From Octopus sinensis (lineage: Eukaryota), in contig NC_043003.1 of assembly GCF_006345805.1 (NCBI RefSeq), positions 63,984,001 through 64,048,000 of the forward strand: a stretch of DNA of 64,000 bases. Reading direction: 5' to 3'. Below are positions 55,549-64,000 of this stretch, one piece after another. How positions within the stretch are numbered: the stretch's first letter is position 1; every line of letters starts with the position of its first letter. The position numbers and the translations under genes are program-made. Under the pieces are notes generated by a model, which saw nothing but the letters and a program-made list of their open reading frames with translations, had not been told where the DNA came from and ran no database searches.

Positions 55549-56170
55549 GTGCGTGTGTTTATGCATATACATGTATGTATATATATATATGTGTGTGTGT
55601 GTGTGTATGTATGTGTATGTATGTATATATGTACATATATATATATATATACATGTGTGTGTTGTGTGTGTATATATGTATATATCTGTACACACATGCA
55701 TACACCCACCCCCCCCACACACACACACATATATTCATGTTAATTTTTATATGTGAGTTGGTAGAAACAGAGAGCCAAACTAAATGTTATTGATTTATTT
55801 GGTAACCTTGGTATTATTTCTTCCCAAATTCTGTGTCTTGATTGTATCAACATTGATTTCAAGTCAATTTAACCACCACCACCACCACCACCACCACTAT
55901 TGCAACTACAAAAATATCAGTAATATGTTAGGATCAATTGAATCAATTTTTCCATATCCTTTTCAGAAATTGACATTGTGTCTTGCATTAGCAAAACAAA
56001 TCTCTCCTAGGCATTACATTTTTAGGATTTCTGGGAAAGGCCGTTCAATACAAGTTGTGAACAATGGTAATCGGCATCAACAATAGTCTTCCTAATTGAA
56101 AGAATGTCATTCATTCTAACTTGTAGAACTACATTCAGATCAGTCCACAAGTAAAATGGAATTATATATT

Positions 56171-56386
56171 GGTTTCAAATTTTGGCACCAGGCCAGTAAT
56201 TTCAGGGGAGAGGATAACTCAATTATATCAACCCCAGTGCTCAACTGGTACTTATTTTATAAACCCCCAAGAGGACGAAAAGCAAAGTTGACCCCAGCAG
56301 CATTTGAACTCAGAATGTGAAGACAGACGAAATGTCACTAAGCATTTTTCCCAACATGCTAACAGTTCTACCGGCCTGCTGCCTTA
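56171..56386 (-). mobile_element. SINE family A variant, CpG-decayed
   Basis: Reverse-complement core with CpG to TpG/CpA changes. Confidence 0.8.
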
Positions 56387-56653
56387 GAATGGAATCAAAT
56401 ATTAAATGGTAAAATTGCATTCCTTCTAATTAGTAAAATGGTAAATATGACTCTGTGTGTGTGTGTGAGCTCCAGCTCTTGTTGTGGAGTGGTGGCTTGT
56501 TTCAATGACCCTAAGGGTTACGCTGGTGGGGTACAAGTCCCTGGTAGGGCCTCTTATGTTTGACAAGTCAATAGTTAAAGGCCAGATCAATAAGGGCTTC
56601 CTCTTCCCCTAGGTAAATATAAGCTTGTGTTGGGTCAATATACCTACCTAAAA

Positions 56654-56870
56654 GGCAGTGACCCGGCAGAAACATTAGCACACTGGGCGAAATGCTTAGA
56701 GGTATTTCATCTGTCTTTATGTCCTGAGTTTAAATTCCGCCAAGGTCGACTTTGCCTTTCATCCTTTTAGGGTCAATAAATTAAGTAACAGTTGTGTACT
56801 GGGGTTGATCTAATCAACTAGTCCTCTACCATAAAAAAAATTTCAGTCCTTGAGCCTAGAGCAGAAAAGA
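56654..56870 (+). mobile_element. SINE family A variant
   Basis: ggcagtgacccggcagaaacattagcacactgggcgaaatgc head and Nin-like core. Confidence 0.8.
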
Positions 56871-57505
56871 ATATACCTACCTTGTAAAAGAGCAAAGTTA
56901 CAGAAGCATCAATGATAAATAAAAGAGATTTGGGAGAGGAGGGTCTTCACTCAGAGTAACACATGATGTGGTGCAGCTAGATCCAAAAGGAACCCATCAT
57001 CTGACGTTGCATGTCAGGTTTGTGACATGGAACTCAAAAGGGAGCTGGAAGTGAGGATACTCTCAAAATAGCAGGAGATGAAATACTTAGGTAGAGCTGA
57101 AACAGCTAGGATCCGGGTGGAAAGAAGTAGGAAAGACAGCCCGGATTTGAGAAGAATGGAAAAAAAAAAGGAGTCACTGATGGGATATGGTTGATAAAAA
57201 GAGGAAAGGTTTAAGTAAGTATGGATGAATGGGAGGGAGGAAGGGAGGAGGGACAAGTGAAAATAAAAGGGAAAAAGAAAAGATGGAAATAATAGGTAAA
57301 AGAAGTCAAGAAATAAAGAAGGAAGGAAGGAAGAGAGAAAGCAAGAAAAAGAAGGAAAGAAAGAAACGAAGGAAAGAAGGAAGGGAGGAAGGAAGAAGGA
57401 AAGAAAGAGAAAAGGAAAGGAAGGAATAAGAAAAAAAGAACAAAGAGAAACAAAGAAAGAAGAGAAGAAAGAAAGACTCTGCATGCAACAGACACACACA
57501 CTGAC

Positions 57506-57608
57506 ATCCAAAAATGAGAAATTAAGAATGTCTGTAAGCTGCTCCAACAAATCCAAACTTGTGGACCTGTTTATACGACTTGGAAATTGTCCAAAAAGGT
57601 GAAATTCC
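57506..57608 (-). CDS. Host gene internal exon: (M)EFHLFGQFPSRINRSTSLDLLEQLTDILNFSFLD
   Basis: Acceptor tttattttctgtctag, donor GAT|gtcagt; 103 nt, phase 2 to 0. It is the only complex part of ORF 57014-57634. Confidence 0.68.
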
Positions 57609-58144
57609 CTAGACAGAAAATAAAGAACAAACACAAAAAAAAAACCAACAAAAAATGTCTATTTAATAATTTGCAAAAAATATAAGGAACAGTTTTTGGT
57701 ACACAGGCTGTCATAATACATAGCATTATATTTGCTATGAATGAAGAAGAAAATTGCTTCCATATTGGATTTTCTTCACTTTTTTTTTACACATTTTCTC
57801 TTTTTTTTTATGGCAACGGATTTTCTGAAACTCTCTGGATGGAAAAAGCTGTTTAAAGAAATATGAGAAGACATAATTGGCTTAAATTCTTGTATAATCA
57901 GAACAAATTGCTATCTCAAAAAAGTAACATAAAACATAAGTATACAAACACATATATCTAAATGTACACACACACAGACATATACATACATATGTACATA
58001 TTACATATATACATATATATATATACACATATATATATATACACGTATACAGACTCAGTTGCGTATGTGTGTATGTTTATATATATATGTATAAACATAT
58101 ATATATACATATATATATATATAGACATATATATACATATATAT

Positions 58145-58187
<43 letters not shown>

Positions 58188-58245
58188 TATATATAGACAT
58201 ATATATACATATACATATCATGTTTATATATATAATATATATAGA

Positions 58246-58284
<39 letters not shown>

Positions 58285-59537
58285 ATATTTAAGAATATGT
58301 GTGTATATATACATTATACACACACACACACACACACACACATGTGTACAAATTCATATGTAGTTGTTAGATTTCTCGAAAAAGAAGACCCAAATATGAG
58401 AAAATTTGATTGAGAAAAACTACCCCAAAAATATTAATTTTCAGCAATTTTACGACATAAAAATAAAAATGAAAAAATAAATGTATACTTTTTAAAGAAA
58501 TGAAATAAATAAATAATTGAATGATAGCAAAAATATTAATAAAGAAAATTGGCATTAAAAACAAACAAAAAAATTGTATCATATTAAGGAAAGACAGAAA
58601 GAGAGAGAAAGAGAGGGAGAGTGAGAGAGAGAAAGAAAGAAGGAAGACTCAAGAGTATTAGAATAACCAAATAAATAATCGTATGTGTAAACCAATCGAT
58701 ATCATGTATATATAATCCTATGGAAATCTCATGGTTAAACAAATATATATTCACCTTTCATATCTCCTGACTTTATGTTTACACACACACACACACACAC
58801 ATACACACACACACACACACACTCACTCACACACTTACACACGCACACACATACACATACACACGCACACTCATGTATAATTTGACAAACATTTCTTAAA
58901 GAGGAAAGGTGTATATATAATGTAACGTAGGTGTGATGCAGCAAAGCAGAATTTAGTATTTGATATTATGGATTCTGAAATTTACATTCAAGTCTGTTTT
59001 AGATATATGTGTGGCTGTGTGGTAAGAAGCCTGCTTCTGAACCACATGCCTCCAGGTTCAGTCCCACTCTGTGGCACCTTGGATTATAAGATTCAGGCCG
59101 ACCAAAGCCTAATGAGTGGATTTGATATATGCAAACTCAATGAAACCTATCAGGTTAGGCGCAGGAGTGGCTGTGTAGTAAGTAGCTTGCTTACCAACCA
59201 CATGGTTCCAGGTTCATTGACATTGAAGGTTGCAAATTTTTCCCACACCTAAGTACGATAAGCTGAAAAGAAGGTTATTTTATTTCGTGAGTTAACACGG
59301 GAGCTCCTGACGAAAATATAAACTTCATACAACTAAGGTATCCCTTGCCTGAAGAGTATCTTGCAGTCTACCCCCTGAATGGATAATTATTACTTCTGAA
59401 GTTCCACTAGCTATGAAACATAATATGCAGCCTGTATTTTATCTACTCCATTTTTTAATCTTTAGATACACACACACACATATGTATGTCAGTGGTTCAT
59501 GTATCCAAGAAACTCTAACACATTAGAATGTTAATAT

Positions 59538-59772
59538 TTATTTCTTTATTGCTCACAAGAGGCTAAACATAGAGGGGACAAACAAGGACAGATAAAGGGA
59601 TTAAGTCGATTACATTGACCCCTAGTGCATAACTGGTATTTAATTTATCAACCCCGAAAAGATGAAAGGCAAAGTCGACCTCAGTGGAATTTGAACTCAG
59701 AATGTGACGGCAGACGAAATACTGCTAAGCATTTCGCCCGGGCTGCTAACGATTCTGTCAGCTCACTGTCTT
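59538..59772 (-). mobile_element. SINE family A
   Basis: Reverse-complement full copy. Confidence 0.85.
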
Positions 59773-61121
59773 AATTAGACTGTTAATATTTAGAAGGTTG
59801 TCTCAGAGAGCGGCCATTGGTTTCACACATCATCATCGTTTAACGTCGGCTTTCCATGCTGGCATGGATTGGATGATTTGACTGGGGTCTGGGAAGACAG
59901 GAGGCTGCACCAGGCCCCAATCTGATCTGGAAGTGTTTCTACAGCTGGATGCCCTTCCTAACGCCAACCACTCTGAGAGTGTAGTGAGTGCTTTTTATGT
60001 GCTACCGGCACAGAAGCCAGTCAAAGCAGCACTGGCATCAGCCACATTTGGATGGTGCTTTTTACATGCTACCGGCATGGAAGCCAGTCAAAGCAGCACT
60101 GGCATCAGCCACATTCAGATGGTGCTTTTTATGTGCTACTGGCAAGGAAGCCAGTCAAGGTGGCACTGGTATTGGTCATGTTCGGATGATGCTTTTTACA
60201 TGCTACCGGCATGGGGGTCACAACAATTTCCATTTGATTTGATTTTGATATTGATGTTGATGCTTATACAATTAAGAGCTTTGTGGTACAAAATCAATGG
60301 TCACTCTGACCAGCCACAACAAACAACCTTCTAAATATATCATCATCATCATCGCCATCATCCTCATCATCATTTAACGTCTGCTTTCCATGAGGGTATG
60401 GCATGGATAGTTTGACAGGAGCTGGCTAGGCAGAAAATTGTACCAAGCTTCAGTGTCCATTTTGGCATGTGTTTTTTATGGTTGGATGCCCTTCCTAACA
60501 CTGACCACTCTGCAGAGTGTGTCTATCTTTGTCCCCTCCACCACCACTTGACAACTGGTGCTGGGATGTTTACATCCCCTGTAACTTAGTGGTTTGGCAA
60601 AAAGAGACTGATAGAATGAATACCAGGCTTAAAAAAATAAGTACTGGGGTCTATTTGTTTGGTTAAAAATTCTTTCAAGGTCCCAGCACGCATGTACCCA
60701 AACACATACATGCATGCACTCCAGCACCAACCCACCCACCCACACACACAGAATGTGAAGACAGACGAAATGTCACTAAGCCTTTTTCCCAGCATGCTAA
60801 CAGTTCTACCAGCCTGCAGCCTTAGAATGGAATCAAATATAAAATGGTAAAATTGCATTCCTTCTAATTAGTAAAATGGTAAATACGACTGTGTGTGTGA
60901 GAGCTCCAACTCTTATTGTGGAGTGGTGGCTTGTTTCAATGACCCTAAGGGTTATGCTGGTGGGGTGCAAGTCCCTGGTAGGGCCGTAGTCTAATGATTG
61001 AAACACGTAAAAGATAAGATATTTCCCCCACTTTTTTTTTTCATTTTCGAAAAGAAAAGCTCTACATTTGTATTTGTCCCCTCTGTGTTCAGCCCCGTGT
61101 GGCCAATAAAGTTATCTATCT

Positions 61122-61177
<56 letters not shown>

Positions 61178-61392
61178 TTATCTGTCTGTCAATCGAGCTA
61201 GCTAATATACGTGTCTGTGCTTGTAAGTGTGTGTGTGTGTGCATGTATGTATGTATGAATATATATGTTTACATATATACATACATACTTATATTACATA
61301 CATAGTTATGTACAGCCTTTTGTCTGTGTGTATAAACATACATAGAAACATTTTACTCTCTCTCAAAGCCTAACAAAACCTTTTATACTTAC

Positions 61393-61464
61393 ATCAATTC
61401 TTCTCCATCACAGTTAAAATATAATGGATATTTTAGGTTTGACGACTGTGTTTTCTGATCAGTT
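61393..61464 (-). CDS. Host gene internal exon: TDQKTQSSNLKYPLYFNCDGEEL(M)
   Basis: Acceptor ctttgttaacag, donor GAT|gtaagt; 72 nt, phase 2 to 2. It joins in frame (AT|G) to the exon at 57506-57608. Confidence 0.65.
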
Positions 61465-62159
61465 CTGTTAACAAAGCCATACTACTTATCTTCATGTTAA
61501 TTTCTTGATATGTTTACCACTTATCACCACATTTATGCAAGATATTTTTAGAAATCAATTCCATTACCATAATTATAGTCTTACAAGATTGACAGAATTT
61601 CAAAGTTGAACCCATTCACTTAGAAAGAAGGGAATTTTTGTCGTTCTTGTAAGTAAGACATATATTTAGCGGAACCATATAAATTATCTCCTCCGATATA
61701 CTGTAATTATCCATTTTCACATAAAATGCACACCTATTCTATAATATGTTTTCTGGCAAAAATAAAACCCAGATTTAATAGGTTTCATCGTAGGCGCAGG
61801 TGTGGATGTTTGGTAAGAAGTTTCCTTCTCAACCACATGTTTGTTGGTTCAATCCCATTCTGTGTCACCTTGGGCAAATGTCTTCTTCTATAGCCTTGGG
61901 CTGATCAAGGGTTAAAAATGTAGTTATGTGTTTCATCAATGGTCATTATCAATACCTATTTGGTCAGCTTGATGGTCAAGTTTCTCTTATGCTTTCACCA
62001 GTTATGGCCATTGCATTGTGTGTGGTGCAAATATGATACTGATACCTAAACACTCAAGCAATTTGTAGAAAGTGTTATTTATGTCACCCCTGGCATTCAT
62101 TGTCGGGGGTCAGTGAGGCTGTTGCTAGGAAGATACAACATAAAATGAAAGTAAACAGA

Positions 62160-62402
62160 GTATATATTTACATTATTTACATTTGACGGATATTTGTCCT
62201 CATCTTGTTTGTTATTAACACGTGTCAGCTGATATACCTTCCAGTCTTCATCAGGTGTCTTGGGGAAATTTCGAACCTAGGTTCTCATTCTTAAGGTAAT
62301 TTTTGATATTATTATTATTATTATTATTCAGGACACTGCCAGGAATTGAACTCAGAATCTTGGGGTTAGTAGCCCATGCTCTTAACCACTATGCCATATG
62401 CC
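62160..62402 (-). mobile_element. tRNA-headed non-autonomous element carrying a degenerate hammerhead motif
   Basis: Minus strand: A-box tggcatagtgg, B-box gagttcaattcc, (aat)n, then gacac-CTGATGA-agactg..cagct-GACA-cgtgtt. Confidence 0.65.
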
Positions 62403-64000
62403 AATATGTACATAATTCCTCATCTCTTAAATATAGAACAGAGTATATATTTCTAGATTTTTCCTTGTATCAGTTTTTTGGTTATTAATCCGTATACAGA
62501 CACAGGTGTGGCTGTGAGGTTAAGGAAATCATTTTGCAACAATGTGGCTTCAGGTTCAGTACCTCTGCACAGCACCTAGGTCAAATGTCTTCTACTATAA
62601 CCCTAAGTTGACCAACGCTTTATGAGTAAATCTGATCAATAAAACCTTTGTAAGAGCCAGTCATATACCTGTGTGTGTGTTTGTGTCTGCGTTTGACCCC
62701 TAACAGCTTGGGGACCTGTGTTGGTTTATTTACATCCTTATAACTTAGACACCTTCTCCTCTCAGATTCTTCCCCAACTTATTCAAAAGGTTTTCTTTTT
62801 TCCCATTTACCCTGTTATTTGTCTCTCTTTCAAGTCAAGTCACTTGGCAAACTCACTAGTGCTGGGGGGGGCATGAAAAGAAATCACTCAGTCTACTCTA
62901 CAAAGTGGTTAGCAACAGGAAAGGCATCCAGGCATTGAAACCATGTCAGAGCTGATGCTGGAGCTCCGCACAGACCTGTGGTTCACTGGATCCAGTCAAA
63001 CCACCCAACCCATGCCAGCATGGAAAAACAGACATTAAATGATGATGATGATGATGACGGTGGTGGTGGTGGTGGTGGTGGTGGTGGTGGCAGTGGCATG
63101 ATGATGACAACGATGATGATGATGATGATGACGATGACAATGATGATGATGATAATGGGGGGTGGTGATGATGATGATGATTTTTTTGTACACCCTAACT
63201 TTTCTCTCTAAATCATTGTGCTGAAAGCCAATCCCTAAACGATCCCCTTCAAACATGAAAAATAAATGATCAACTATCAGCTATAAAAAATTAAGGGTCC
63301 GTTTTAGCTGTAAACCACTTTCACTCTTATAATCTACATTGTTAAATTTTATGGGTATTACTTTCATGAGGCAAGAATCCCCAGGTACAATGTCTACCTG
63401 AAAATATATGGTTATCTGTCGGAGAGCAACATTAGAGGTTCCTGCAATAACAGCAGCTTGTCAACAATGTGTTAGTTCTGAAATGAAAGAATTTTTCATT
63501 ATTTATGTAAAAATTTCTTTAAACAATATTTTCAATCAATGAATACATCATGTTATTACATTGCTAAAAATATTCTTGCTTAAGGGACCAAAATAGTTCT
63601 ACAATGAAAAGCATCTAAATCCATTTCATGATTTTCTAATATTAAATATTTCGTTTTTAATCTTTGATATTTCAAATTACTTTAAAAATTCAAATTCTGT
63701 AAAAAAAAGAAAGAAAGAAAAAAATTCTTCATTTTCTTTTTTTCTTTTTTCGCTCTAATATTAACTGCGGTGAATCATCTTTTCTGCATATCAAGTAAGT
63801 TATAGAAGCCAAATCTTTCAATTATTGATTTGTCTTGGAGGCATTTCAGCTTCCTTGAATCTTAGTCTTCATCTTTGCCCGTTATCAGTGATACAGATTT
63901 TAGAAGCTAATTCCTCCTCACTTATTTTGCACCTGTTTGGAATATTCATTTGCTATTTGGAAATATCCTTTTCCTTTTAAATTCTTATTCTATTTAATGT

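Noticed and set aside
63280-63477. Good minus-strand acceptor followed by THC-TGA-QAAV.. (possible selenocysteine exon)
   Set aside because: Stops occur in all three frames, it is not phase-compatible with the 61464 exon, and no SECIS or selenoprotein family is recognised.

Overview
This is AT-rich, microsatellite-saturated animal genomic DNA, most likely from an octopus (inferred from the SINE and Penelope repeat repertoire), with one 100-N assembly gap. Almost all ORFs in the supplied track are translations of (TA)n/(CA)n/(TACA)n microsatellites. Most of the window is transposon relics: several tRNA-derived SINE families, R4-like and CR1-like LINE fragments, two Penelope-like (RT/GIY-YIG) relics, a dead IR/DR Tc1 element, an internally deleted mariner, pogo/Tigger relics, hAT and mariner MITEs, and non-autonomous Helitron/Helentron elements. 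By hand I found four phase-compatible GT-AG exons on the minus strand (61464-61393, 57608-57506, 49281-49227, 39902-39820). They encode the C-terminus of a host protein whose tail loosely resembles METTL25/RRNAD1-type methyltransferases. The right half of the window, which this gene spans, looks CpG-depleted, as expected for gene-body methylation. The most interesting signal is a set of type I hammerhead-ribozyme motifs. One has an intact catalytic core and a long helix II and lies in sense orientation in the gene's last intron. Two others sit directly downstream of tRNA-like Pol III heads. Several near-perfect palindromes and local template-switch scars are also present.
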